Source: Macrostomum hystrix | Taxonomy: Eukaryota; Animalia; Platyhelminthes | DNA length: 64,000 bases | Reading direction: 5' to 3' | NCBI GenBank assembly: GCA_950097015.1 | Contig: CATNEN010000007.1 | Coordinates: forward strand, 3,844,001 to 3,908,000 | Part shown: positions 38,201 to 50,868 of the stretch, in pieces | Layout: the number at the start of each line of letters is the position of its first letter | Position numbering within the stretch: position 1 is the stretch's first letter | Translations under genes and position numbers: made by a program | Notes under the pieces: model-generated | Seen by the model: only the letters and a program-made list of their open reading frames with translations | What the model was told of the DNA's origin: nothing | The model's database searches: none

Positions 38201-41200
38201 CGAGCGCGACGCCTAGGCGGCACCAGGGTGGCCAGACTGTCCGGATGGATCTGCGGGCAGTTGCGGGGCTGGTTAGGTTATTAGGTGTTTACTGTTCCTA
38301 GTTGGTAGGTCCATTGATATCAATGACATCCAACGAAAAGCTTGGCTAAGGATAGGCGAAATGCAATGTGCAGTAAAAGCGCTTTTTTCACCTCATTTCG
38401 TGGTAAGCAGCATAATAGCTCGTAATAATATTAATTGCAGGAGGCGCATCATTTGGTGACACTAGATCCGCAGCCAGCGAGGAGGCCATTCTGCCTATTT
38501 CGCTGACTCCTGAGCACACACGACACAGGTACTATACGCGGGCACACGCTCACACAGGAGTGAACATCTGCCCTGACTTTCTCATCGTCAGGCTGAGGTT
38601 GGCCCTCAAGGGCGCAAATTGCACGAAAAGCCCCCAAGCCTTCTCTCCGCGACTGCGCCCCAAATGAATGTGGCCTCGCCGCAGAATCGAGCTCAGGGAC
38701 CTTGGTGCGAGAGGCAAACGCATTAGATTGTTAGACTTCGTGATAAGCAGCTTTGATGTGGGCGGCTGTGGCACCCACTTAGGCCTTACAGAACGACCAT
38801 CATCCTGAATGCCTTTTTCTTGAGCAAACAGCTCAGACATAAAATCTTGGATAAAGACTCCGCCACGCCACCGAAACAAGGACAAAAGGATTGCTTGGGA
38901 TGTTAGTTTTGGTCTGTCTCACCTTGGCTCCAAACAGTGCCTTCAGCTGATCGCGATGCACCCTTGCCACCTCCGACTGAGCCCCGATACCCGCGAGGGT
39001 GATCACTCCGCTGCCGTCGCCATCATCGCCGGAGTAGCCGACGGCGGCGGCGGCCTCCCCTTCCCAGGCCTCGGCGCCGATTCTACTGGCCAGCAGGGAG
39101 ATGGCAGCCTGTGGAGCCGGGTACAGCCGTAACGGCAGCAGCTGCGCCAGCACCGGACTGTCCGAGGGGTTGCTGATCAGCAGCTCAGACTCCGTGGAGT
39201 TGCCAGCGTGCGTCAGCTCTAGCTGATGCCGCCAGCCGTCTGGCAGAAGGTTCGGCCTGGTCAGTAGGGCCTGGGCCCGCATTAGAAAGCCGCCAGCGTG
39301 CGCGGTCTCCATGGTGACGGTAGCGTTAACTGTGTGCCGATCTGAGCGGACCAGAGAGTCCCAGCGTTGTGATAGGCGGCCGAGGTACAGCTGGTCAACT
39401 TCGGGCACGCGACTGTCCAGGCTGAGACCCGAGAGCCACTCCTGGCCGGCTAAAAGAGTAATGCGGGTGCGCTGTGAGGCTAGAGAACTGGCTGCTTGAT
39501 CCTGAGGATCTGAAATGGTGGCTGATTGATCCTGAGGATCTGGGATGGTGGCTGATTGATCCTGAGGATCTGGGATGGTGGCTGATTGATCCTGAGGATC
39601 TGGAATGGTGGCTGATTGATCCTGAGGATCTGGAATGGTGGCTGATTGATCCTGAGGATCTGGGATGGTGGCTGATTGATCCTGAGGATCTGGAATGGTG
39701 GCTGATTGATCCTGAGGATCTGAAATAGTGGCTGATTGATCCGGAGGATCTGGAATGGTAGCTGATTAATCCGGAGGATCTGGAATGGTAGCTGATTGAT
39801 CCGGAGGATCTGGAATGGTAGCTGATTGATCCGGAGGATCTGGAATGGTAGCTGATTGATCCGGAGGATCTGGAATGGTAGCTGATTGATCCGGAGGATC
39901 TGGGATGGTGGCTGCTTGATCCTGAGGATCTGGAATGGTGGCTGATTGATCCTGAGATCTGGGATGGTGGCTGATTGATCCTGAGATCTGGGATGGTGGC
40001 TGATTGATCCTGAGGATCTGGGATGGTGGCTGATTGATCCTGAGGATCTGGGATGGTGGCTGCTTGATCCTGAGGATCTGAAATGGTGGCTGATTGATCC
40101 TGAGGATCTGAAATGGTGGCTAATTGATCCTGAGGATCTGGGATGGTGGCTGATTGATCCTGAGGATCTGAAATGGTGGCTGATTGATCCTGAGGATCTG
40201 AAATGGTGGCTGATTGATCTTGAGGATCTGGGATGGTGGCTGCTTGATCCTGAGGATCTGAAATGGTGGCTGATTGATCCTGAGGATCTGAAATGGTGGC
40301 TGATTGATCCGGAGGATCTGGAATGGTAGCTGATTGATCCGGAGGATCTGGAATGGTAGCTGATTGATCCGGAGGATCTGGGATGGTGGCTGCTTGATCC
40401 TGAGGATCTGGAATGGTGGCTGATTGATCCTGAGATCTGGAATGGTGGCTGATTGATCCTGAGATCTGGGATGGTGGCTGATTGATCCTGAGATCTGGGA
40501 TGGTGGCTGATTGATCCTGAGATCTGGGATGGTGGCTGATTGATCCTGAGATCTGGGATGGTGGCTGATTGATCCTGAGGATCTGGGAAGGAGGCTGCTT
40601 AACTGGGAGGATGAGGGATTATGTATGTCTAACTCTAACTCTAATCTGTGGATTATTTCAGAAAGGCTGAACAAGGTGTCCAAAATCGTGCTAATCTATA
40701 AAGTCCCCACCGACTCACTAGCAGTGGAGAGCGGAAAGCCTACGTAGCAGTCCTGACCGCATAGTCGCTGCTGATCAAAACAAATCTTGCCAACCTGGAA
40801 ATTTATAGTTTAAACATTAATACAGGCCCTTAATTTGCGATTCCACCTCAATAAAGTGAAAATAGCAGGTATAAAGTGAGACGAATTGTGCAGTTAATGC
40901 TATTTAGGAATCAAATATTTAACTTTTCTCTTTAAACAATGTGGGTCTGCTAACCTTGCTAGCAAAACTATTCAATGATTAAAGTTTCTGCCTGACACAC
41001 GAGTGCTGACTAATAACAGCACTGTTTTAACACTAAGTTCAACACACTGGTACCGGCTTTGATCTTCTTAATTGAATTTAGCTTAAATGCCGTTTATAAT
41101 TAATAATGGACCATTTTTCATGCTACTGCAGAATTGAAATGCAGCTCTGCATGCTCCAGCAGCTGTGAAATGCAACCCAGCATGCTCCAGCAGCTGTGAA

Positions 41201-44200
41201 ATGCAACCCAGCATGCTCCAGCAGCTGTGAAATGCAGCTCTGCATGCTCCAGCAGCTGTGAAATGCAACCCAGCATGCTCCAGCAGCTGTGAAATGCAAC
41301 CCAGCATGCTCCAGCAGCAGTGAAATGCAACCCAGCATGCTCCAGCAGCTGTGAAATGCAACCCAGCATGCTCCAGCAGCTGTGAAATGCAACCCAGCAT
41401 GCTCCAGCAGCTGTGAAATGCAACCCAGCATGCTCCAGCAGCTGTGAAATGCAACCCAGCATGCTCCAGCAGCTGTGAAATGCAACCCAACATGCTACTG
41501 CAGCTGTGAAATGCAACCCAGCATGCTCCAGCAGCTGTGAAATGCAACCCAGCATGCTCCAGCAGCTGTGAAATGCAACCCAGCATGCTCCAGCAGCTGT
41601 GAAATGCAACCCAGCATGCTCCAGCAGCTGTGAAATGCAACCCAACATGCTACTGCAGCTGTGAAATGCAACCCAACATGCTACTGCAGCTGTGAAATGC
41701 AACCCAACATGCTACTGCAGCTGTGAAATGCAACCCAACATGCTACTGCAGCTGTGAAATGCAACCCAACATGCTACTGCAGCTGTGAAATGCAACCCAA
41801 CATGCTACTGCAGCTGTGAAATGCAACCCAACATGCTACTGCAGCTGTGAAATGCAAGTCAAAATCGGAACACCACGCAGGCTTGCATTCAACAAAAACC
41901 CACCGTGCTAGTCTCGAACGGTTTCAGCAGCTGCGGGAGGCCTAGGGGAGCGAATCGGAAGCGCGGGTCACGCGGCCAGAACTCCAGGCCCCTGACCGAC
42001 ACCAGCTGGTGGAAGGAGCTGCGCACGCTCAGCCAGCGACAGGCGGTCCGGCCGGGAAAGCAGTCGGGCAGGAGCAGCGGATCCGGCACTGCATTCAAGC
42101 TGCCGTCGGCACCGCGAAGTCGCCAGTTGAGCCGCAGGTCGGCCGGGCTGGCCCGGATTAGCAGCTCGCCTTGCAGGGGTCCCGACTGGGCCGGACCGAC
42201 GGCGCTCAGGGACAGCTCCGCCTGCGGGTGGAAATTTCAATGAGCCATCCACAAGTCATAACCCAGCCTGTAATCCTTCTCCTACTCATAACCCAGCCTG
42301 TAATCCTTCTCCTACTCATAACCCAGCCTGTAATCCTTCTCCTACTCATAACCCAGCCTGTAATCCTTCTCCTACTCATAACCCAGCCTATAATCATTTT
42401 CCTACTCATAACCCAGCCTGTAATCCTTCTCCTACTCATAACCCAGCCTGTAATCCTTCTCCTACTCATAACCCAGCCTGTAATCCTTCTCCTACTCATA
42501 ACCCAGCCTGTAATCCTTCCCCTACTCATAACCCAGCCTGTAATCCTTCCCCTACTCATAACCCAGTGACATCACTGTATTTTCACAATCCAGTCGTTAA
42601 TACATCCATTCATAATCCAGTGTTCTATCATTTTTAGCTTCTTTTAGCATTCTCTTAGCCGGTCATAAATATATCAAACCATTCTACCTAAGAAATCGTC
42701 TTTAATATCAATCGCAAAGACACACCTGAAAGAACGGTCTCAGCGTGATTGGCAGCTGGAGCGATTGCCCCACCTGCTCAGTCAGCGTCCCGTTTGGCCT
42801 TCGCAGCCTCAGCAGCTGTGCCCGCACAGCGGTGGAGTCGGCCTGACTGTCCGACTCGGACTGCACGCCCAACAGCCGCACCTCGACCGGGTTCTCATTG
42901 CGAATGACTAGCTCAACGCGGCGCCGCTCGCCAGGCCCGAGCGAGCCGAAATCGACAGACTCTGACGATCGCTCCGGCCACCTCGGCGCCAGTCGCAGGC
43001 CGCCAGTGTAGAGGAACACGGGTATGAGAAAGTGAGATGCATTCGAATAGATGGCCAGCTGAAGGACACGGGCGGCGGCGCCGGCGGACACGGACAAGCT
43101 GAAGGGCGATCTGGTGGCGCCGGCGGGAATGAGCACTGGAGGATGAAAGTTTGCCAGCGTAACATCGCGAGACTCAGCGGAGCCAGCTGTGGACAGCAGG
43201 CTGGCATTGAATATCACGACTGGCGTGGCGAACGTGTTGCTAATGCTGATGGGCCTGGTGACGCCAGCTGCTTCACTCGAAGGTGCCAGCAGGAATCGCG
43301 TACTGTTCGCATCGTACACTAGGGCACCCTGCAGCACAATTGCGCGATAAGGTACCCGGAGGAGTTCCACAATGCGATCGTCCTCATCCTGACTGCCAGT
43401 GACGATCACTTGACCGGCCCACTGCCGGGCATTCGTTGCTCTGTGCGCTGTGAAGGTCACGTCAGCTAGTGGAGTGCGCCGCCACGCGCCTGGCAACAGG
43501 CGCACAGGTCGGAAGCTCAGCTTCACTGCGTCATTTGGTGCGTCCAAGGTCACATTAGTTACCAGACAGGACTGCCGGAACAAGCTTGTTACCTAGGGGG
43601 GGGGAAATATTTGCGCGAAAGATTTACGGCGTATTCTCCGCTGAAACACCAACCAGCACTTCTAACTCACACACCAGCATGTCCTACTCACACACCAGCA
43701 TGTCCTACTCACACACCAGCATGTTCTACTCACACACCAGCACTTCCAACTCACACACCAGCATGTCCTACTCACACACCAGCACTTCCAACTCACACAC
43801 CAGCATGTCCTACTCACATACCAGCACTTCCAACTCACACACCAGCATGTCCTACTCACACACCAGCACTTCCAACTCACACACCAGCATGTCCTACTCA
43901 CATACCAGCATGTCCTACTCACATACCAGCACTTCCAACTCACACACCAGCATGTCGTACTCACACACCAGCACTTCCAACTCACACACCAGCATGTCCT
44001 ACTCACATAACAGCATGTCCTACTCACACACCAGCATGTCCTACTCACACACCAGCACTTCAAACTCACACACCAGCATGTCCTACTCAAACCCACTGAA
44101 ATCAAAGAGTTCTCCACACCTGCAGTGTCAGTGTCCGCTCGCTATCCAAGGTTCTCAACAGGCCGAAGTCTAGTCGGTCAACCGTGGCGTACAAGCCGGG

Positions 44201-47200
44201 CCGGCCGGAGACTTCGACTTCAACCGGCAGCACGAGGCCAAATCGACTACTCCGATTGGTCTTCACCTGCACGAACGCTGTGTGATTGGCCGGCTCTCGG
44301 CCAACCAATCGCAGCCGCATTACAGTCCGCGTCTCGTAGGGCGGTATCGCCCACAACTGGCTGGCCGCCAAGGGGCCGGGGCCGCCATTGGGCAGCTCCA
44401 GGTGAAGATCCGGGCCGCTGGTGAACATCTCGGTGATCTGCAGCGGACTGCTGTGCGGATTGTGCACGTGCAGATAGGGGCTGAAGCTGCTATTCACGGG
44501 AATGCGGGCTGCCAGCCAGGGCTGCACCCGGTAGGGACTGGGGACGCCAACGGCGAACAGCTGATAGCGATAAGTGCCGGTGGAGGTGCGAATGAACAGC
44601 GTGTTCTCCGTGGCGCCGATCTCTCTGGCTAGGAACACAACATCGAATGTGGTGTTCTCGCCCGCTGGCACCACCTGTGGGTGGGGTAGCTTTCAGTCAA
44701 GAGGAATGGGCCAGGAAAACTTCAGGAATAGGCCAGGAAAACTTCAGGAATAGGCCAGGAAAAATTCAGGAATAGGCCAGAAAAACTTCAGGAATAGGCC
44801 ACAAAAACTTCAGGAATAGGCCAGGAAAGGTTCAGGAATAAGCCTGGAAGACCTCAGGAAAATGCAACTAAGGGGATTTAAGGGAAAGGCTAGGCATGTT
44901 TCCAGGAAAAAGCTAGGAAGACTTCTAGGAATGCTTGTCAGATCTCAGGGAAATAAGCTGATCTCATGGAAAAGGCTAGGCAGGTCTCTGGGAAAATGGC
45001 AGGCTGATCTCATGGAAAAGGCTAGGCAGGTCTCTGGGAAAATGGTAGGCAGATCTCATGGAAAAGGCTAGGCAGGTCTCTGGGAAAATGGTAGGCAGAT
45101 CTCATGGAAAAGGCTAGGCAGATCTCATGGAAAAGGCTAGGCAGATCTCATGGAAAAGGCTAGGCAGATCTCATGGAAAAGGCTAGGCAGATCTCATGGA
45201 AAAGGCTAGGCAGATCTCATGGAAAAGGCTAGGCAGATCTCATGGAAAAGGCTAGGCAGATCTCATGGAAAAGGCTAGGCAGATCTCGTGGAAAAGGCTA
45301 GGCAGATCTCATGGAAAACGGTAGGCAGATCTCATGGAAAAGGCTAGGCAGATCTCATGGAAAAGGCTAGGCAGATCTCATGGAAAAGGCTAGGCAGATC
45401 TCATGGAAAAGGCTAGGCAGATCTCATGGAAAAGGCTAGGCAGGTCTCTGGGAAAATGGTAGGCAGATCTCAAGGAAATGCCTATTATATCACCAGAAAA
45501 GATAATCAGAATCCAATTTAGATAAGCTTCAGCACTGACCTTGCGCTGAAAGAATGAACAGTGAAAATGGGGCGTAGTTGCCGATATAGACAACAGTTGC
45601 ACCGGCTTTTGCTCCTGCCCATTGATTAGCGTCACCTGCTCCAGGTGCGGCTGGCCAACGTGACTGCGGCAACGGAGATAAAAATAAACAATCGTACATA
45701 TTTGATCGTCAGTTTTGTTGCCTTCTGCACAGAATAGAAACTAATGATTTAATGGATTGCATAACACTTACTGCTCCTTGAAGTCCAAATAGGGAGGCTC
45801 AAATCTAACTGGACTGGCTGGGACTCTGCCTTCATCCAACCTGCAGCGAAAATAAACATGACATGTTTCAGATTAGTTAATGGGATCACACTAAAAACAT
45901 TGGAAACAAGACACTACTCACCCTAATGATGGAAAGAGGTCAGATGAGAACTCATCTGTGCCATCTAGTGCCAAGCTCAAAACTTTATTAGTTTGAAAGA
46001 AACCTGTAAAATTATTAATTATTTGAGTTTCATTATTTCATAAAATCAACACCACTAATAAGACATAGAGTTAGAAATATGAGTAAATATAGTTCAAAAT
46101 ATACTAGGTAGTCATCTAGGTCCACTTGGCAAATCTATCAAATCTGGATCAAAGTACTTAAACTAGAATATTGATAACCATGTTAGCTATTGCTAATATA
46201 TATCAATTATAATAAATTCTAATTCTTATTGTAAAAATGTTCTGAAGAATATGATTTTATGTTCATTCAAATTGTAGTAACTATTTAAATAAATTAATTT
46301 ATAAATATTTTAGAACAAATATTTTTTTTCCAATTTAAATCCTAAAGACGTTAAAATAGATGGCAAGAGTGAAATTCAAACATTAAACATTTTATGACAT
46401 TGAAAAATTAATTGAAACCAATTATAATTGTGAATTAAGAGACAAAAAAGAAAACTGTAGGTCAATATATTTTTGTTTACTATGTTCTATAAAATTTCTA
46501 TAAAATCTTAAACAATGTATAATTTAAATAATGGAACTAATAAAGTATAGTTTTAACCAAGAAGTATTAAATGGCTAAACATCTTTAGGTGGAGGTTCTT
46601 TATGTTAGCTATATAAAATATTTAATTTATTGGAGCATTTGACAAAAAAATAATTTAAAGATATTTAGATTAAGCCCTTAACTTTAGGAAAAAAACTAGC
46701 TAATGGAGCACTAACTAAAATTAATTGATACAGCTGAAATTCGAGTTTGCTTATGACTACATATGAATGTGACTATATAATAGGCTTATTATAACAAAAA
46801 TACCAATTTTACAAGTTTGGAAGTGGCATAGACATTTATTTATGCCTGAAAATTGCAAGATACAGCAGCAATAGTTGCCTTGGTGAAAAACCTGCTTTAT
46901 TTTATTAGTGTTAGACAAAGTAGTGTTATTTCTAAAAATTTGGTTTCAGTTTTGAAATTCCAAAAGAGTAAGCATTTTGATTTTGCATTTTTTTTATTTG
47001 AAGCAAACTTTTGGTTTCTGCTTAAAATTAGTACACTGTCTGAAAACTTCCTTAAGTTTTCAAAGTTTCTGAAAGAAAGTCAAATGCCAAAATTATATTT
47101 CTAAAGGCCAAAAATTGCATTTACAGTAGATTGATCCTTCAAATGAATTTGTCATCCTACACTTCTTCAAATTTTCACACCCCCAATGTCTTATTTCTTA

Positions 47201-49423
47201 TTTTAAGTATTTTTGAGAACTTGTGTTGGCACCTGTTCTCTTAATCAATCCTTGCACCTATTTGCACTGTCTGACCTTTGTACTCTCATTGCATTCCAAA
47301 TCAAGTACAAAGCACCCTTATCCCAAACATGCACAACATTTTGCAAGGCTTTTGAGACCTATCCTACAATGTAACTTTTAATTATTAAATCAGTTTTTGC
47401 GCCTCTGTGGTTGGCAAGCTAAAAGAGCCAAAAAATACTTTGCATTGACTAATTGAGACTTAGCTTTCCCTCACCTCCTCAACTGAGACTTAGCTTTCCC
47501 TCACCTCCTCAACTGAGACTTAGCTTTCCCTCACCTCCTCAACTGAGACTTAGCTTTCCCTCAATTGCAAGTTAGTTATCCTTTATCTCCATCTTAGTTT
47601 TCCCTCAACTGTGACTTAGTAATCACTCAACAGTGACTAAATTTTCCCAAAACTACAAACTAAATTTTCCCTAAACTACAACTTAGTTTTCACTAAACTG
47701 GTACTTTGTTTTTGCTGATCTGCAACTTAGTTTTTTCTTCTACAGCTTAGTTAGTTTCTTTACTTTTGTATGACTAAAAACTTGTTTCTTTATCCTAATT
47801 TTCATATCCTAGTCTTCTCTCTTCTCCTTCTCTACTTTTTCACTTCTTTGTGCTTTTTTCTTTCCCTCTGTCCCTTGATCCCTCTTTGATTTTTTGCCCA
47901 ATGTCAGTTGATTTTGCAACTTACTTTGTGTGGCCCTCATTTCACTTGGCTGAGTGTTGCGCATCTATGAAGAATATTAATGTTGAAAACCAAACAAAAA
48001 ACAAGTACTTTTCTCCCTACTATCCCTTTCTTGCATCCTTGCTTATTTGTATATTTGTGCCTTTAGAGCATTTCATATTAATTGTTGATATGAGATATAT
48101 AGCTATGATACAACAAATTCTGTAGTCCTAACTATGCAATTGTCTGGTCCCAAGTCTAGAATGAGAAATGAGGAGAGGACATTGTCAAGTTTTATTATAA
48201 TTTTTCTTTATTTTACATATAATTTTACAGAGCAGCATTGGTAAAATTAAGTCTAAATTATTTTAGTTAAAATTATGGTTGTTATTGGTGGATGACAAAC
48301 TGACCAAGCTTTAAAGGGTCCCAGGTCATTTCGGTGACAAGACATTTCGGTGACAGTCATTTCGGTGACAACTTAAGTCATTTCAGTGACATAATTAGGC
48401 CTAGTCAAATTGGTGACAACTATTTTTGCACCTAAATATGCTAAAAAACGGCCTTCCATTTTAACTATGCACACTTATAAAGTATTAATTAAATAATGCT
48501 ATAAGTACTAATAAGAAGCTGCATCGCTCTGATTAAGTCTGGGTTTTACTTTAAATGAGTTAAATTATTAAATTATTTAATGAGTAGTCAATAGTTTCAA
48601 TAGTTATTCGTTGCTAATTAAATGTGTATAATAATCATTTTTCAAGTTTTGGATTGACAAGGCAAGTGTAGGCTTTAAGCAGCTGCTGGATCGTAGAAGG
48701 CTGTTTTCTCAGCATATTTAGGTACAAAAATAGTTGTCACCGAACTGACCAATTCTGTCACCGAAATGACTGTCACCGAAATGTCTTGTCACCGAAATGA
48801 CCTGGGACCCTTTAAAGCATGCCAATTGGCTAAATAACATAGTGCAAAGTGGACAACAAAAGTGAATGATGAAATTGTTGTAATATAAAGTATTGTCTAG
48901 CATCCAATCCACCAATTTAAATTTGCATTTAAGTTTTCTGAGTCTAGGACTAACACAAACAGCAATTTTAAAATAAGACTTCCACATTTGCACTCGAAAT
49001 TACCATTGCTTTCAGATGTATACAAGTGAACTAACATAGACAAAAGTACAATAAACAACAGACAATACAATATACTCACAATAAAAAGTCAATCAATACA
49101 CATTCTCGCTAGATTCTAACATACATTAAATATTACTTATATGGGGCCTGAGGTAATAGTTCGGCTAGCTAATAGTAATATTTTTCCTGCCTGCCTTAGG
49201 GCTTATAAAATGAGAAAAAAACTTGACAAAGATGTACAAAAACTATAGTCCCGTCAGTTATATGAAATACAGTTTAGCTACTGGGCTACTATGAAAACGT
49301 AAATATTCTTAAAGATTGCTTACCTTGAGTTGGAAAATCTGCTATAGCTGTCAAACAGAGATGGGCCAATAAATTTATTCGAAGAGCAACTTCGAAGACA
49401 TTTCGGATCTTAATTCTGAACAT
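32299..49423 (-). CDS. TMEM131: Transmembrane protein 131, 1849 aa; exons 49324..49423, 45922..46003, 45772..45840, 45540..45663, 44120..44674, 42726..43592, 41904..42221, 40719..40794, 38923..39449, 36819..38250, 35866..36044, 34168..34442, 33591..33739, 33382..33465, 32299..33011
   Basis: Recognisable TMEM131 segments: VRFEPPYLDF, LLSISATTPHFHCSFFQ, NTTFDVVFLAR..ENTLFIRTS, PYRVQPWLAARIPVNSSFSP, HNPHSSPLQITEMFTSGPDLHLELP, WAIPPYET, LPVEVEV, CGQDCYVGFP, LRNNLT, PRPDWE plus a TM helix. All 14 junctions are GT-AG and phase-consistent (5550 nt). The C-terminal low-complexity exons are less certain. Confidence 0.92.
34010..34016 (-). terminator. Pol III T7 terminator of tRNA-Gly
   Basis: Seven A on the plus strand, 7 nt past the tRNA 3' end. 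Confidence 0.8.
34024..34094 (-). tRNA. trnG-CCC: tRNA-Gly, anticodon CCC, intronic in TMEM131
   Basis: GCGCCGATGGTGTAGTGGTAGCATGTAAGCCTCCCACGCTTGCGACCCGGGTTCGAATCCCGGTCGGCGCA: fully paired 7-bp acceptor stem, anticodon loop CTCCCAC, and T-arm CCGGG-TTCGAAT-CCCGG. Confidence 0.95.
34556..34685 (+). mobile_element. SINE family 1 copy (B-box plus core), in a TMEM131 intron
   Basis: GAGTTCGAATCC followed by GTGTCCTTGAGCACGACAC...TTGCTTCAGTTC. Confidence 0.65.
34829..35830. repeat. 25-bp minisatellite (GGGATCTTGAGGGAAAATTGATATT), ~40 copies, intronic
   Basis: Period of 25. Confidence 0.95.
36115..36715. repeat. 24-bp minisatellite (AATAGGCAGTGGGAGCTGGTGCAG), ~25 copies in two variant blocks, intronic
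   Basis: Direct periodicity. Confidence 0.95.
38450..38745 (-). mobile_element. SINE family 2 copy, in a TMEM131 intron
   Basis: Reverse complement of the 5990-6315 element, sharing CAGCCTGACGATGAGAAAGTCAGGGCAGATG and GTGCTCAGGAGTCAGCG. Confidence 0.75.
39490..40590. repeat. 30-bp (29-bp variant) minisatellite (GATCCTGAGGATCTGGGATGGTGGCTGATT), ~37 copies, intronic
   Basis: Direct periodicity. Confidence 0.95.
41120..41835. repeat. 31-bp minisatellite (GCAGCTGTGAAATGCAACCCAGCATGCTCCA), ~23 copies, intronic
   Basis: Direct periodicity. Confidence 0.95.
42255..42566. repeat. 30-bp minisatellite (CATAACCCAGCCTGTAATCCTTCTCCTACT), ~10 copies, intronic
   Basis: Direct periodicity. Confidence 0.95.
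43655..44090. repeat. 21-bp minisatellite (CACACACCAGCATGTCCTACT), ~20 copies, intronic
   Basis: Direct periodicity. Confidence 0.95.
44705..45475. repeat. 22-bp array (GGAATAGGCCAGGAAAACTTCA) at ~44705-44840 and 23-bp array (GGCAGATCTCATGGAAAAGGCTA) at ~44960-45475, intronic
   Basis: Direct periodicity. Confidence 0.92.
47452..47565. repeat. 30-bp tandem repeat (CTGAGACTTAGCTTTCCCTCACCTCCTCAA), ~3.5 copies
   Basis: Direct periodicity. Confidence 0.9.
48315..48811. mobile_element. 497-bp non-autonomous DNA transposon (MITE) with TTAA target duplication and AG..CT termini (Kolobok-like signature)
   Basis: Terminal inverted repeat of over 55 bp, AGGGTCCCAGGTCATTTCGGTGACAAGACATTTCGGTGACAGTCATTTCGGTGACA, mirrored at the right end. 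TTAA at 48311-48314 and 48812-48815; no ORF. Confidence 0.9.
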
Positions 49424-49930
49424 TCCTGTAAAAAATTGCTTTAGTAAAAATGTGTTGCAATCACTATCATCCTTTTGTGCTACCACGAGACGGGTTCACA
49501 AAAGTGCTGATTTGTTTTTTTGGTGCATTTTGAATTACCGCGGTTTCCAGGAATAATAATCATGAATGACGTCCCTAACGAGTTTGTTGGGGTGACCTTT
49601 AGCAATATTATTTTATATTTTTTAACCTAAAATTAAATTGTTTGTTCAGTACTGCTCACTTTTAGCCCCTAAACAGATATACTCAGACCAGTTGTAAAAT
49701 ATCTAAATTTTGAAAATGTGCATCTTTTTCATCAGTAAATTAGTAATTATAGTGCGCTCGTAATTATAACATATCGATAGAAAGAAAACAGAATTTGACC
49801 ACAAATCGTGCAAATATTTTCAAGGGCTTAACGTTACACAGTCGTTATACAGTCGAAAATACTGTAATAGCATTTTTCGTGTTTCTTCGACGTTATTTGT
49901 TTCTTCAGGCAGTTTAGAGTTCCGAAAATG

Positions 49931-49944
49931 TGACGTCGACGTCA
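49931..49944. promoter_or_regulatory. Perfect 14-bp palindrome TGACGTCGACGTCA (two CRE/ATF half-sites) ~510 bp upstream of the TMEM131 ATG
   Basis: Palindrome read directly; function is inferred only. Confidence 0.3.
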
Positions 49945-50868
49945 TACATTAACCAAACACTTTTTTAATGCAAGACGGGTTTTAGATGCTGGAATTGCAT
50001 GAAAGGGTTTAAGAGTTGCATGAATCAACTATGAATGTAAGCACACGAATATTTTATTTTATTTTCTTTAATCAGCAGCAACGTGTGGTTTCATCGAATT
50101 AAAAGTGCATAAATACGAGCTAGTGTATGTCACCTTAAACGCATGTCTATTTTCTAAATTTTACCCATTATTTTACCCAGAATTGACTCGTTCTAGTGGC
50201 TATTATGGCTCATTACTCATATCAAACAAGGTTGGAACACTTTCCAGCGATTTTTTTGAACAATAAATAAATGTACACACAGCTAAAAACGATTGCTTAT
50301 GGTAATGAGAACGAGCCTTACCATTCTCCCTATCCACCCAAATCATCTGAATTGATCATGCAAGTGACTCCTCAGAAAGCATTAGTAATAATGTACTTCG
50401 CTACACTATTACACACTATTACACGATGTGTAAACACTATTACACACCGCATATCGGAACAGGATATAAATAAAGATTACAAGCCAGCACTCATAATTTA
50501 TAGTATTAATTTATTTTTCGAAGAAATTGGCTCAGAAAAATAAGGAAGAATGTAAAATGTGGAACGGTATTTTGCAAAGAAAAAAAAACAGAAAATATTT
50601 GGCAGAACTGGCCGAATTCGAAAAAGAAAAACAAAAAGTAAAACGAAACACTGGAAATGTTGGGTACAGTAAATGAGTTCGTTTTACAGGCTGAAAGAGC
50701 CGGATATAGCGCAGTCGTCAGTGTACGATAGCACTTAATATTAATTGACAATAAAATATTAGCTCTTCATATCACATGCGCCGAGATATTAAGAATCTCC
50801 TACGATGGGAATTAGATTGCATGCCTACAATTCGCACAGCCGGGACACTCAAGGGACCAGCAAGACAT

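Noticed and set aside
36066-44173. Repeat-peptide ORFs (QNRQWELV, IDPEDLGWWL, ITQPVILLLL, HFTAAGACW, SHTSMSY and similar)
   Set aside because: All fall inside TMEM131 introns defined by phase-consistent GT-AG junctions and simply reflect minisatellite periodicity.
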